DNA from: Methanobacteriota archaeon
GTDB lineage: Archaea; Thermoplasmatota; Thermoplasmata; SG8-5; JAGLSY01
Direction: 5' to 3'
DNA length: 64,000 nucleotides
Assembly: GCA_020697715.1 (NCBI GenBank)
Contig: JAEHCO010000003.1
Location: 96,001-160,000, forward strand
Shown here one piece after another: positions 1-11,000 of this stretch. Numbering within the stretch: position 1 is the stretch's first letter; each line of letters starts with the position of its first letter. The notes beneath the pieces are model-generated. The model was not told the origin of the DNA. It made no database searches and worked only from the letters and a program-made list of their open reading frames with translations. The position numbers were made by a program, and so were the translations under genes.

Positions 1-336
1 GGATTTGGAAAACAGGTATTGCGGGAGATGGGAGAGTCTGGCAATGCTATCAAGATAATATCAAAGCACGGGGCTGATGACATTTACCCCGTGGTGTCTG
101 CTTCATCGATACTGGCCAAGACAAAGCGCGATAATATCGTAAAGGAGATCGAGGAGGAGCTTGGTCAGCCCATTGGAAGCGGCTATCCCTCGGACCCCAA
201 GACCATCCAGTTCCTTAAGGCATGGTATCGGGAACATGGGGAGATGCCCCCTCACACGCGCATGAGCTGGAAGACTGTCGGAAGATTGATAAATGAGCTT
301 AGCATGAAGGGGCTGGCAAGCTTCGATGAAGATTAG
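1..336 (+). CDS. rnhB: Ribonuclease HII, C-terminal part (5' end outside window)
   Basis: Frame open from base 1; motifs KHGADDIYPVVSASSILAK and GSGYPSDP are typical of archaeal RNase HII. Confidence 0.95.
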   Translation, partial: GFGKQVLREMGESGNAIKIISKHGADDIYPVVSASSILAKTKRDNIVKEIEEELGQPIGSGYPSDPKTIQFLKAWYREHGEMPPHTRMSWKTVGRLINELSMKGLASFDED

Positions 337-342
337 CAATGG

Positions 343-693
343 ATGGATGATAAAATGGATGAACTAGAGCAACTTTTACTGAATACGGTCGAGAAATTCA
401 GGGCCAAGATGATAGAGGATGAGGATCTGAGAGAGGAGATGAAGCCCCTGAAGCGCACGATCAATATCGAGCTTACGGATGCGGAAGGCTTCTCCTTTAT
501 TCTGAACCATGGGGACGTGACGGATTTTAAAAGAGGCTATATCGAGAACCCGGATGTCGCTATCCAGATAAAAGAGGCCGATATGTTAGCTCTTCTGAAA
601 AAAGAGCTAAAGCCAATGAAGGCCTGGGCAACTAAGAAGTTGAAATTCGAAGCCGAACTTGAGGATGTTGTCAGGATGCGGAAGTTCTTTTGA
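343..693 (+). CDS. SCP2 sterol/lipid-binding domain protein
   Basis: 116 aa; PDVAIQIKEADMLALLKKELKPMKAWATKKLKF resembles the SCP2 C-terminal pattern. Confidence 0.75.
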   Translation: MDDKMDELEQLLLNTVEKFRAKMIEDEDLREEMKPLKRTINIELTDAEGFSFILNHGDVTDFKRGYIENPDVAIQIKEADMLALLKKELKPMKAWATKKLKFEAELEDVVRMRKFF

Positions 694-697
694 ACAT

Positions 698-995
698 CCT
701 CGTCCATCGCTGAGCTCAGACGAGGTTTTCGAATAGGAAGCACTCTGTGACCATCACCACTTTTTCTTTTAACCCTCGCTGTGCTGAATTGGGCTCCAAA
801 AGAAAAAGACGGACAAATAAGAAAACTCGCCCAACTCTGCTCGCTCGGGAGAACTACCACCGCCCTCGGTTACATGGCCTGGTCAATCAGACGGGGCATG
901 TTCGAATACAAATGCAATTTCCGAGCGAGCAGGCTCTATCGAATTTTCTTTTCTAAAGCATACGCTGATCAAATGCTTCATTGGTCAATTTTTCG
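698..995. other. Multi-hairpin structured intergenic element (candidate ncRNA or repeat)
   Basis: Inverted repeats 698-704/719-725, 760-770/798-808 and 837-848/921-932 (12 bp perfect); lies between convergent genes. Confidence 0.5.
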
Positions 996-1068
996 CATAT
1001 TCTTCAGGCTTTTGGTATAAACTTATAACCATAATGGACTGCACCTTGAACAAGTCAAGGTTGGTCCA

Positions 1069-1470
1069 CTACTCCTTGGGAACAAATTTATAACCATAAT
1101 GGATCACACCACATTCTCCTTCCTGGCCAAGTTTTCTGAAGACAGCCTCGACCTCTGTTCCGATCTTGACTTCATCAGGTTTGACATCGACTATTTGTCC
1201 AGTTATCTTGGGCCCTTCTTCCAGTTCGATTATCGCCATGGTATATGGAACCTGCATGGAGAATGCGGGAAGTCCATCATGCACAACAGTGTATGATATG
1301 ATCTTGCCCTTGCCAGATAGTTTCAATTTCTCCATTTTCCCAATGCTTTCCCTGCGGCATTTCGGGCACAGGTCACGTGGTGGAAAATACACAATACCGC
1401 ATGCACCGCATTTCTTTCCCTGCATATTGTACCTGCTCTGGTTCTCTCTCCAGAATCTTGCAACTTCCAT
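1069..1470 (-). CDS. DUF35 Zn-ribbon/OB-fold scaffold protein
   Basis: CGACGIVYFPPRDLCPKC Zn ribbon, OB fold and C-terminal IHYGYKF; downstream of thiolase. Confidence 0.95.
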   Translation of the reverse strand: MEVARFWRENQSRYNMQGKKCGACGIVYFPPRDLCPKCRRESIGKMEKLKLSGKGKIISYTVVHDGLPAFSMQVPYTMAIIELEEGPKITGQIVDVKPDEVKIGTEVEAVFRKLGQEGECGVIHYGYKFVPKE

Positions 1471-2639
1471 CAGTTACCCCTCCCGAGAATATGAACTATA
1501 CAAGTCGAGCCAGTTCCTCCGATATTATGGATGAGCCCCTTTTCGGCATCCTTCACCTGCCTATCACCAGCTTCGCCTCTTAATTGCAATGTCATCTCAA
1601 CAGCTTGACCAACTCCAGTGGCTCCCATCGGATTTCCCTTCGCTTTGAGACCTCCAGATGTATTGACGGATATCTTGGAGTTCAAAGCAGTCTCACCATC
1701 TTCGGTGGCCTTACCGCCCTTGCCTTTCTCAAAGAAGCCAAGGTCCTCGATCGCCATGATCTCCGATATGGAGAAGGCATCATGCACCTCTGCAAGCTGT
1801 ATGTCATTTGGCCCGATGCCTGCGTATTTGTAAGCTTTTTTGGAGGCTTCGATCGTGGCATCCATCCTTGTAAGGCTTGGTCGGTCATGCAGAGCCATAT
1901 AATCCCCAGCTTGTCCACAGCTCAGGATCTTCACTGGTGAATCCGTGTACTTCTTCGCATCCTCCCATGGACATAATATGACAGCCGCGGCCCCATCCGA
2001 TAGGGGCGCGCAATCAAAGACACCAAGGGGATCTGCCACCATTGGAGCATTGAGAGCCATCTCTAACTTTATCGCTCTCTGGAACTGAGCATCTGGGTTC
2101 ATGGATCCATTAAGATGATTCTTCACGGCCACTGAGGCCAATTGTTCTTTCGTTGTGCCAAAATCATTCATATGTCTTCTCGCCATCATCGCGTACAATG
2201 ATCCAAGGGTTGCGCCAAATACAGCTTCCCACTCTTGGTCCGCTGTGCTTGCCAGAATCTCGGCTGCTGATTCTTCACCAACATCCATCATCTTTTCCGC
2301 TCCTCCAACCACAACTATGTCATGAACACTACTGGCTACTGACATGTAAGCCTGTGAGAGCGCTATTCCACCAGATGCATTTGCCGCTTCCACTCTGACC
2401 GAGGGAAGGTTCCTTTCACCAAAGCCAGAGTAATCGGCTATGAGGGGGGCGATATGTTCCTGGTCGATGAGACGGTCGGCTGACATGTTTCCGACAAACA
2501 TGGCATCGATATCATCACCAGCTATACCAGCATCTTCCATGGCCTTGAATCCAGCTTCGATACCCAGATCTCTGAAGGATCTCTCCCACAATTCACCGAA
2601 TTTCGTTTCTCCTACTCCGATTATTGCTACTTCTCTCAT
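1470..2639 (-). CDS. Archaeal thiolase-family (acetoacetyl-CoA thiolase-like) protein with substituted catalytic residues
   Basis: MREVAIIGVGETKFGELW start; VEAANASG, EVHDAF and KGNPMGATG in place of the canonical VEAACASG, HDCF and GHP. Confidence 0.9.
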   Translation of the reverse strand: MREVAIIGVGETKFGELWERSFRDLGIEAGFKAMEDAGIAGDDIDAMFVGNMSADRLIDQEHIAPLIADYSGFGERNLPSVRVEAANASGGIALSQAYMSVASSVHDIVVVGGAEKMMDVGEESAAEILASTADQEWEAVFGATLGSLYAMMARRHMNDFGTTKEQLASVAVKNHLNGSMNPDAQFQRAIKLEMALNAPMVADPLGVFDCAPLSDGAAAVILCPWEDAKKYTDSPVKILSCGQAGDYMALHDRPSLTRMDATIEASKKAYKYAGIGPNDIQLAEVHDAFSISEIMAIEDLGFFEKGKGGKATEDGETALNSKISVNTSGGLKAKGNPMGATGVGQAVEMTLQLRGEAGDRQVKDAEKGLIHNIGGTGSTCIVHILGRGN

Positions 2640-2696
2640 ATCAGAACCCCTCCATTTCATTTCGGGCTTTTGAATATTCAAATTTTATTTGCATAT

Positions 2697-3749
2697 TCAA
2701 ACACCTCCCATCTTTATCTTGCCGCGGAATTTTGCATAATTCGCATAATCCAGATATATAAGATCTTGATTGGAGCAGTCAAGACTACACCAATCACCTT
2801 TTCGATAATCCTCAATGGAATCCTTAACTGTTATATCAAATCCATCTGACCCAGCTCCTGAGCCATAGGCCATGACAAATATTCTATCTCCTGGGGCGGC
2901 GTGATCCAATACATTGGTCAGGCCAAGAGGTACAGCGCCTGAGTAGGTATTGCCAATTATAGGTGTGAGCAGGCCGTATTTCATTTGATCTGGCCCGAAT
3001 CCCATGCTTTTTCCTATTCTCAATGGGAACTTGCCATTTGGTTGGTGGAAGATAGCATGTTGGTAATCATCAGGTTTAGTTCCCATGGCTTGAAAGAGCT
3101 TGTGTGAACATGCATTGATGTGCTTGAAATACGCAGGTTCACCCGTGAACCTGCCTGCGTGTTTGGGATACATCTGTCCCTCCCTTCTCCAGAAATCAGG
3201 TGTGTCGGTGGTGTATGATACAGTGTGATTGATCTCCGCTATCATATTTTCTTTACCTATCAGAAAGGCTGCCCCTCCTGCCGAGGCTGAATATTCTAAT
3301 GGGTCGCCTGGAGCTCCCTGAGATGTGTCCGCGCCTATCGCCATGCCGTACTTCACCATATCTGACAATACAAGACCCATGCAGGTCTGTATCGCGGCAG
3401 TTCCCGCTTTGCAAGCGAACTCATAATCTGCCGCGGTGAGATCTGGTGCCGCTCCTATGGCCTCAGATACTATTGTCGCTGTTGGTTTCACAGCATATGG
3501 ATGAGATTCGGAGCCAACGTATATCGCTCCGATATCATCTGGACAAACGTCGCATCCTTTCATGGCCTTTCTAGCTGCGGATACCGCAATAGTGATCACA
3601 TCTTCATCCGGGCTTGGTATGGATTTCATCTGGATGCCCAGGCCTTTTCCGCGAGCTGCCCCATCCACTCCCCAGACCTTTCCAATATTGTCTGGAGTGA
3701 TCCTGTACTTGGGCACATACCCACCATATCCAACAATTCCTACTGTCAC
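2697..3749 (-). CDS. Hydroxymethylglutaryl-CoA synthase (archaeal)
   Basis: [19 protein letters not shown] (catalytic Cys), HQPNGKFP and GNTYSG motifs; GTG start after GGAGG inferred. Confidence 0.95.
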   Translation of the reverse strand: MTVGIVGYGGYVPKYRITPDNIGKVWGVDGAARGKGLGIQMKSIPSPDEDVITIAVSAARKAMKGCDVCPDDIGAIYVGSESHPYAVKPTATIVSEAIGAAPDLTAADYEFACKAGTAAIQTCMGLVLSDMVKYGMAIGADTSQGAPGDPLEYSASAGGAAFLIGKENMIAEINHTVSYTTDTPDFWRREGQMYPKHAGRFTGEPAYFKHINACSHKLFQAMGTKPDDYQHAIFHQPNGKFPLRIGKSMGFGPDQMKYGLLTPIIGNTYSGAVPLGLTNVLDHAAPGDRIFVMAYGSGAGSDGFDITVKDSIEDYRKGDWCSLDCSNQDLIYLDYANYAKFRGKIKMGGV

Positions 3750-3775
3750 TGTTAAATTCCTCCTGCATGCTTCAT

Positions 3776-4462
3776 TCAATCACCTATTTCTTTAAATCTT
3801 TCGAGAAGCTCATTTCCTGAGAGCTCGGTTACCAGGAGAATTATATTCTCAAGGGTTGCCAGCCTTATCGCGAGATCATCCACATTCTCTGGTTTTACAT
3901 AGACCACCATGGCTGGTTTCATCGGATGAGCTCTGACAGCTATCATTGGTGATCTTCCATGTTTGACACCAGTGAATAACAGAGCTCTCTCCGTGCTCCA
4001 ACCATACACTTTCATGTAATCCTCTGAGGATAATGTCGTGATGGCTTTCAGACTGTCTATAAGAGTGAATCCATTTATGCTTCTTTCTTGATTCACATCC
4101 GGGTTCAACACCTTTGCCTCTATGAGGTCGCAGAATTCTGCCGCATCCATTGATCTCTTGAACTCGCCCATTCCTATTATGGCCTCTATTCCTATCTCGG
4201 CTCCGAACTGTTTTGTGATCTGGCCGCCTCTTTCCAGGTCTATATAGAGCAGTCCATCCACTATCTTCCTGACAGTGACGACCCCAGGAGATTGTCTCCT
4301 GCCAGCTTCATAATCACTGATCACGGAAGTGGATATTTCCAGATAGTTTGCAAGATCTTTCTGCGATATCTCAAAAAGGGTTCTCCATTTCTTTATGGTG
4401 CTACCAGGCTCATTAGATACGGTGATCTCTCCCGCGATCTTTTGCCTGAGCATCTCGGTCAT
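3776..4462 (-). CDS. XRE-type HTH transcriptional regulator (COG1709-like) of the HMGS cluster
   Basis: N-terminal [27 protein letters not shown]; C-terminal [20 protein letters not shown]. Confidence 0.85.
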   Translation of the reverse strand: MTEMLRQKIAGEITVSNEPGSTIKKWRTLFEISQKDLANYLEISTSVISDYEAGRRQSPGVVTVRKIVDGLLYIDLERGGQITKQFGAEIGIEAIIGMGEFKRSMDAAEFCDLIEAKVLNPDVNQERSINGFTLIDSLKAITTLSSEDYMKVYGWSTERALLFTGVKHGRSPMIAVRAHPMKPAMVVYVKPENVDDLAIRLATLENIILLVTELSGNELLERFKEIGD

Positions 4463-4584
4463 TGAAGGGTGAATGAAATAACACTATTTATTATTGTCGA
4501 AGTTAATAACGTCAAATGACGATTATCAATAGGTGATCGATAGCATTGGAGCAAATACTTTGAATGCATATGAATGGGGTCGTA

Positions 4585-5886
4585 TTAGCTCTTCTTCGTG
4601 GTCTTTTTGGTCGTCTTCTTCGTGGTCTTTTTGACCGTAGCTCCTTTTGGAGGAGGAGATGAAGGCATCTCTTCCACCACTACAGGTTTTTGTGCCTCAA
4701 ATTCAAAAAGAACTGCTTTTTTGATCTTGGCATTCATATCCTTATCGACCTTGTCAAACCTCTTGACAAGAGCTTTGATCTCTTCTTCCAGCTTCTTCGG
4801 CTTGCTGGTCGATAGTTTTTCAACCTCCTTTTCCAGGTCCGTTGTCCTATCATTGAGATTATGTATCCTTTTACTATCTCTGAAAACAGTATCTTTTATC
4901 TCTTCAGATACGGCTATCTCTTTTTTCAGATCTCTTATTCCCTTTTCAGAATTTTTGATCTTTGTATTGATCTTTCGATCAGCATTCCTCAATTCTTTAA
5001 TATCATCCAGCAGGTCGTCATTTCCCTTATCGCTCTCAGCTATAGATTCTATACTATCCATCTTCAATATGGCTGCTTGTAATTTCTTTCTGAGCTCTTC
5101 AAAGGAATCATTCAATCCATTTCTGAGATCGTGGAATTCCTGTTCAAGGGTGCTGATCTGCTCCTCCACATCAGTGAATTGATTATCGATCTCATTGAAC
5201 TGTGTCTCGACCTCGCCGATCGCCGTCTCGACCTCAGCCTCCATTTCAGAAGCAATTGCTTCGATCTCGATCCTCTCGAATGCCTGTATCTCCATCAATT
5301 CACGCTCATACCGGGCAAATCTTTCATGATCGTCCATCTCGATCTCCCTGTATAGTTCCTGGATAAGCACTCTGGCCTTCTCGATCTTCTCCGCCTGGGC
5401 TTTGGACTGTTCATCCAGCCATGGGTTCAATTGGAGTATACTATCAGATTCTTTCTTCACATCATCCATATGGATCTCAATGCCTCCCAGAATTTCCAGG
5501 CGCTTGGAGCTTGCCAGATCCCTGTCCGCATCCAGTACGGATATGCGAGTTGCCTCGTCTTCCGTCCATTTGGTATATGGAGGGAATATCTGCATGAAGT
5601 CAAAGCTCTTTTCGGAGATCTTGCTTCGGACCTCTTCGAACTCTCCCTCAACAACAAGGATCCTGGATCTATTGCTCTTCTTCAATAGAACACTCACACT
5701 GTGATTTGGGTGAAGGTAAGCCTCTATGCTGTAAGGGAAACCCTTGTACACAGAGGGTAGGTGCCTTTCATCAATATCCATCTTTCCAAGATGATCTCTG
5801 TAATTCGTAGTATAGGCATCGATGAATTCTTCTATTGCCTTTCTAAGATCATCATCCGTCAATAAAGTATCATTCTCGGGACACAT
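4585..5886 (-). CDS. Uncharacterised coiled-coil protein with Lys/Thr-rich tail
   Basis: 433 aa; long E/K-rich heptad region; ends KKTTKKTTKKTTKKS. Confidence 0.75.
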   Translation of the reverse strand: MCPENDTLLTDDDLRKAIEEFIDAYTTNYRDHLGKMDIDERHLPSVYKGFPYSIEAYLHPNHSVSVLLKKSNRSRILVVEGEFEEVRSKISEKSFDFMQIFPPYTKWTEDEATRISVLDADRDLASSKRLEILGGIEIHMDDVKKESDSILQLNPWLDEQSKAQAEKIEKARVLIQELYREIEMDDHERFARYERELMEIQAFERIEIEAIASEMEAEVETAIGEVETQFNEIDNQFTDVEEQISTLEQEFHDLRNGLNDSFEELRKKLQAAILKMDSIESIAESDKGNDDLLDDIKELRNADRKINTKIKNSEKGIRDLKKEIAVSEEIKDTVFRDSKRIHNLNDRTTDLEKEVEKLSTSKPKKLEEEIKALVKRFDKVDKDMNAKIKKAVLFEFEAQKPVVVEEMPSSPPPKGATVKKTTKKTTKKTTKKS

Positions 5887-5952
5887 AATTACACCGCCCT
5901 TTAATTGATGCCGAGACCTAAAAACCTTTGGTTCGATAATTAAACAAAAATA

Positions 5953-8088
5953 TCACTCTTTTACCTGATCCTTTATGCTCTTTGCAGTGATATCTCCTAT
6001 CATCGGTACTTTACTGATATCCTTGAGCGTGGCTCTTTGTATGGCTGATATATCTTTGTAGCCAGCGCGGAAAAGAGATCGAGCTCTTTTCCTCCCAATA
6101 CCTCTCAATTTGACCAATGGAACAAGCTCTTCCTTTATTCCGCTCTTCACCCTCAATACCATTTCATTGAGGTCTTCGGTCATGCGGCTTCCGAAAAGTC
6201 TGGCGATCTCTCTCATGGAGTATGTGAGCCATTCTGCAGTATCCACTCTATTCCTGATGTCCCCGGGCCCGACATTGTATTTCAGAACAATGTCGTTCTC
6301 CTCGACTTCTTCCATCCAGTCATTTATTAAGAGCGCGGTCTTAACCTCTCCAAGGAAGAAATCAAATTCTATGCCATCTGGAATTGGCAGAAGGAAATCA
6401 TCCATATTTTCCTCCACCATTTTCTCCACCCAATCATAGTCCTTCTTTCTCATGTAGAGGGTGTACATATCCGGTGTCGAGCACACTGCTTGAAGTATTC
6501 CCAGTATGCTTTTCGTTTTATCTTCTCCAGCTTCTATCGCATTACGCAATTGAACTGCGGACAGAGGGTCGATATAGAGATCGGATGTTCGCTTGCCGAA
6601 CAATGTCGTTTTCAGTCCGTCATCTGTTCTGATCAATTCTTCTTTTTCCAGGAACTCCAATATTTCCATGATCTTGCTCTCGATGGACCAGATCTCGCTT
6701 TGATGGGCGAAGAAGGTTCCACCCATGAACTCCATAAGCTCTTCTTCATCGACCGCGAACCCTGTCGCGATGGTGGCCAGTATATGCATTCTCAGGGCAG
6801 ATTCATTACCTAATTTGGAGGATACAGCTTCTACATCTCCAAGAATATAATTCTCGAGTATCTTTCTTCTTTGATACTCATCTTTAGCTATCAGAATTCC
6901 CTCACCATGGGGATCGAATTGCGGTCTACCAGCTCTGCCACACATCTGCCTTATCTCAAGGACCGGGATAGGGACATTGCCATAGTTCGCATCGAACCTG
7001 GTGAGATCTCTTACGATCACCCTACGGGCGGGCAAGTTAATGCCTGCAGCCAGTGTCGGTGTAGCGACAATGCATTTGATATTCCTTTCTCGGAAGTTCT
7101 TTTCAATGAACTTCCGCTGTATATTGGTAAGGCCAGCATTATGGAAGGCAATACCTCCCTCCACACATCTTCCCAATCTCGCCCCGAAAGATGTTGGCTC
7201 TTCCTCCTTTTTTGATAATTGATCGGCCAGGCTCTTAAGTTTTACAGCTTCCTTCTCATCCAAAAGTTTCGTATTCGCCTTGCCCAATCTCTCGGCCAGG
7301 CTCTCGGTCGAACGCCTGGTATTAACGAAGACCAGGCATTGCCCCTCATCCTCGATCGTGTCGAGCACCAGTGACACGATATTGTGCTTCCTGTCCATGA
7401 TCGGTCTTATGGTATTATCCAGAAATTCTATCCTATTTCCATCAGAGTTCTTATCTTCAAGATATATGCCGTATTTCAGGTCAACAGGTCTCCAATCACT
7501 GGCAACATGGGCCGCATCAAGCCAGATAGACAGATCCAATGAATTGCTTATGGTCGCGGAAAGGGCTATGATCTGCAATTCGGGATTTACCAGTTTCATT
7601 TTTGTCAAGGTGACTTCCAGGGTGGGCCCTCTGTTTGGGTCATTGAGAAGATGCACTTCATCCGCGACCACCACTGTCATCTTATCCAGCCAGCGTGTTC
7701 TGTGACGGAGAAGGGAATCTGCCTTCTCCGATGTCGCGACAACAATATCCAGTCTTTCCAATGAAGGATCTGGGTCATCAAAATCTCCTGTTGCCATCCC
7801 CACTCTTATTCCAAGAACTTCGAATGCCTTCAGCTCATCATATTTTTCATTGGCCAGGGCTTTGAGAGGCACTATGTACAGGGCTTTGCCCCCTTGCAAT
7901 ACGGATCTTATCACACCGATATAGGCGACAAGTGATTTCCCGCTGGCTGTGGGAACTGCGAGTACAAGCGATCTCCCTTCAACTACATGTCCTATGGCAT
8001 CTGCTTGAGGGGGGTAAAGCTCCTGAATTCCTTGACCCTGCAGGATCTCTATCATGCGTTTGTCAATAGGCAATTCATCTGTCTTCAT
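5953..8088 (-). CDS. hel308: Hel308/Hjm Ski2-like DNA helicase
   Basis: PTASGKS, DEVH, LSAT, TPTLAAGINLPA, QMCGRAGRP and C-terminal HhH. Confidence 0.95.
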   Translation of the reverse strand: MKTDELPIDKRMIEILQGQGIQELYPPQADAIGHVVEGRSLVLAVPTASGKSLVAYIGVIRSVLQGGKALYIVPLKALANEKYDELKAFEVLGIRVGMATGDFDDPDPSLERLDIVVATSEKADSLLRHRTRWLDKMTVVVADEVHLLNDPNRGPTLEVTLTKMKLVNPELQIIALSATISNSLDLSIWLDAAHVASDWRPVDLKYGIYLEDKNSDGNRIEFLDNTIRPIMDRKHNIVSLVLDTIEDEGQCLVFVNTRRSTESLAERLGKANTKLLDEKEAVKLKSLADQLSKKEEEPTSFGARLGRCVEGGIAFHNAGLTNIQRKFIEKNFRERNIKCIVATPTLAAGINLPARRVIVRDLTRFDANYGNVPIPVLEIRQMCGRAGRPQFDPHGEGILIAKDEYQRRKILENYILGDVEAVSSKLGNESALRMHILATIATGFAVDEEELMEFMGGTFFAHQSEIWSIESKIMEILEFLEKEELIRTDDGLKTTLFGKRTSDLYIDPLSAVQLRNAIEAGEDKTKSILGILQAVCSTPDMYTLYMRKKDYDWVEKMVEENMDDFLLPIPDGIEFDFFLGEVKTALLINDWMEEVEENDIVLKYNVGPGDIRNRVDTAEWLTYSMREIARLFGSRMTEDLNEMVLRVKSGIKEELVPLVKLRGIGRKRARSLFRAGYKDISAIQRATLKDISKVPMIGDITAKSIKDQVKE

Positions 8089-11000
8089 TTTTCATCCACA
8101 GGCTTATTCGATGTAGTACTATCTTCTGATCCTTCATCTGCAGAGGCATCTTCGTCTGCATCATGTTCAGGATCATCATCTTCCATATCTTGAGCTACTT
8201 CATCCTCTTCAATTTCAGAGAGTTCATCATCTGTGCTTTTCTCAATGTTCGGTCGAGCTTTTTTCTTCGTCAATATCAGGGCTGCCAATATGATGATCAC
8301 AAGAATTATTATCGGGATCAAATAAGCCAGCCATGGTGTTTCAGTTCCTGGAACGGATAATTCAGTACCCAGTTCATTTCCAAGGTTCTGCATATCATCA
8401 AGTGTGGATGCCGTGTTCCCAGATTTGTCAGTTGCATTGATGTAATAATACACTATTCCACTTTTTGATTGAGCTGGTATAGTGAAGGAATATACATCGC
8501 CTGTTTGATTATTGCTCATTGTCCTTTTCACCCACAGGTCACCACCAACAGCTTTGAAATAGAGTATGACCTCCTCGAGCTCAACATTATCAGTGACATT
8601 TGCAGAGATCTTTATAGATTTATCATCGAGGACCTCCGCATCTTGAAGCTCTATGATGGGTACGGTCAAGTCCACTATATCTATAGACCTTAGTGGACTA
8701 TCATTTTGATTGCCATGGATGTCAGTTGCAGATATATTGTATGTCACAAGGCCGACATCATCCTGTTGTGGAATAATTGCCTGATACTTTTCAGATGCAC
8801 TGTCAAAGCTGAGGTTCATATATTTGGTGAAAAGAGATCCGATCTCCCAATAGGACATTGTCACATCCTGAATATCTGAGAAGTCTGTCACATTCACACT
8901 AATGGGTATCGCTTGGCCCACTGGCTGTTCAGTTATATTTGACATCTCGATCTCTGGCATCGTCATATCCAAAACATCGAACATGTACGGAGTTGTATTT
9001 CCCGTATTGCCGATAATGTCACTTGCCCAAATATAAAAGGACACATCGCCCAGAGCATTCTGAGCTGGTATTGTGGCCGAGAACTTATCCTCATTGAGGT
9101 CTGTGATATTCTCCATGTCCAAGGAGTTGGAATATGCAATATCGGAAACTCCTCTGTAATACAATTTGATATCATCTATCTCGCCATGGTAGTCCTTGAC
9201 CTCCGTGCTTATGGTCACAGGTTCATCATAATTTGCATCGAAAGAACCATTCTGAAGTATCGTGAATATCGAGTCAGATGTACTTATGACCAGTTGAAGC
9301 TGAATAGAAGGAGGATCCATGTCCACTCCTGTACTGAAGCCCCATGAATAACTTCCTTCCAATGCATTGTCAGAAATATCCTTAGGGCCATTGTTCAGAG
9401 ACACTGTATATGTCGAACTGTAAAGCAATGGATCAAGAGGTGATAATTTCACCTCATCGCTATAATCGGACCAGGTTATGAAGAAATCATTTATGTCGAA
9501 GGTAGTGTTTCCACCGACCATGGAGAAAGCAGCTTCCACACTGGGTCTGTCCATTGGCTCGGAGAATTCGATATAGATCGATCTGAATATCGAAACATTA
9601 GTGGAGCCATCAAGTGGAGATGCCGAGATCAATACAGGTGCTGTTATGTCCGAGACAATATTACTCGAATGGTATACGTTTATGCCGACCTCTCTGTAAT
9701 CTCGCCATACCATAGACACATCACCATAGGCATTGCAGGCGATCGCGGGGAAGTTCTTAGTTTCGATGCTTTCATCATTGACCACATCATAACCTGTGAA
9801 GGTGATCCCACCATCTGATGATGAATATAGAAATACCTGGTAGCCTCCAAGTCTGGAATCTATCCATGTGACATATATCATACCATCATCGGGGGTGACA
9901 GCTATATCCGATGCTTGCTGAACCGCAGTGTTACCATCGATTATCTTCACACTACTAAATCCATCTGATGAGTTAGAATAATGGATATCATATATTGGAT
10001 TGCCCGCACTTCCTCCAGTCTCTTTTTGCCAGGAAATATGGACTATTCCCGTACTCTTATCGACATCCAGTGCGGGATTGTTCTCCACCTTGCTTGTGAT
10101 AGAGATGCCGATATCTTTAGAAAAGCTAGCCCCTTTGTCTGTTGAGTTTGCGTAATAAACCCCCTCATTGGTTGTTCTATCATCACTCCAAGCCACATAA
10201 GTGATATTGTTGCTATCCATTGCGGAATCTGGTGAATTCTTCAATCCTTCAAGTGTGTCTGAGACCACAATAGGATCACTGAATGTCTGGCCACCATCTT
10301 CAGAGAAAACAGAGAATACCTGACTCTCTATAAATCCCTTCATAACGGAATTCCCTCCTCCTGTGGCTATCTGTCCATTTGTTTGTGACCAATCCAGTGC
10401 ATACACACTGTTCCTGTGACTGCTGAGATTGACGATATCTATTCCTGTATCTGTATCCCATATTTTTGAATCTGGGTCAGATGCAGCTGATGCCAATTGA
10501 TCAGTCACTTCATTCCAATGTAGATCATTCACACTGCCTTCATGACCACTTAGCCAGTATTGATCCATGTGATTGGTATGGTTGAATACCAATATCGAAT
10601 TATTTGTAAGTCCCGCAGCGATGAAGGCATCATCTGGTGACCAGGCTACTGAGCTGACTTTTTCTCCGATATTGATCTCATCCACCAAACTGCCATTCGT
10701 GGTGTCCCATATCTTCACATTGGTGGCAGCAGTAGCCGCAAGATCTCCAGCATGACTGAATTTGACATCCATAACCGAGCCACTATCTCCGCCTCCTGAT
10801 TTCTCATTCACGGTGAAGGCACTCCAATCACTGGTGTTCCAGATAGTGATATTAAAGTATTCGCCAGGTAATCCAAAGAAAGAAGTGGCTTTTTCTTTAC
10901 CATTATAAGCAACTGCTATCTGCCCCATGTCATCGGAAACATCCACTGCATTTGCAGGATTATCCAATAACATGCCTCCAACTACATTAAGATCATTCAA

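Noticed and set aside
698-995. SRP RNA or RNase P RNA candidate
   Set aside because: Size fits, but no SRP helix-8 motif (CAGG..GGAA..AGCA) or RNase P GAGGAAAGUCC is visible on either strand
537-1020. Short ORFs 537-860, 747-956 and 781-1020
   Set aside because: No recognisable motifs; they overlap a palindrome-rich region better explained as non-coding
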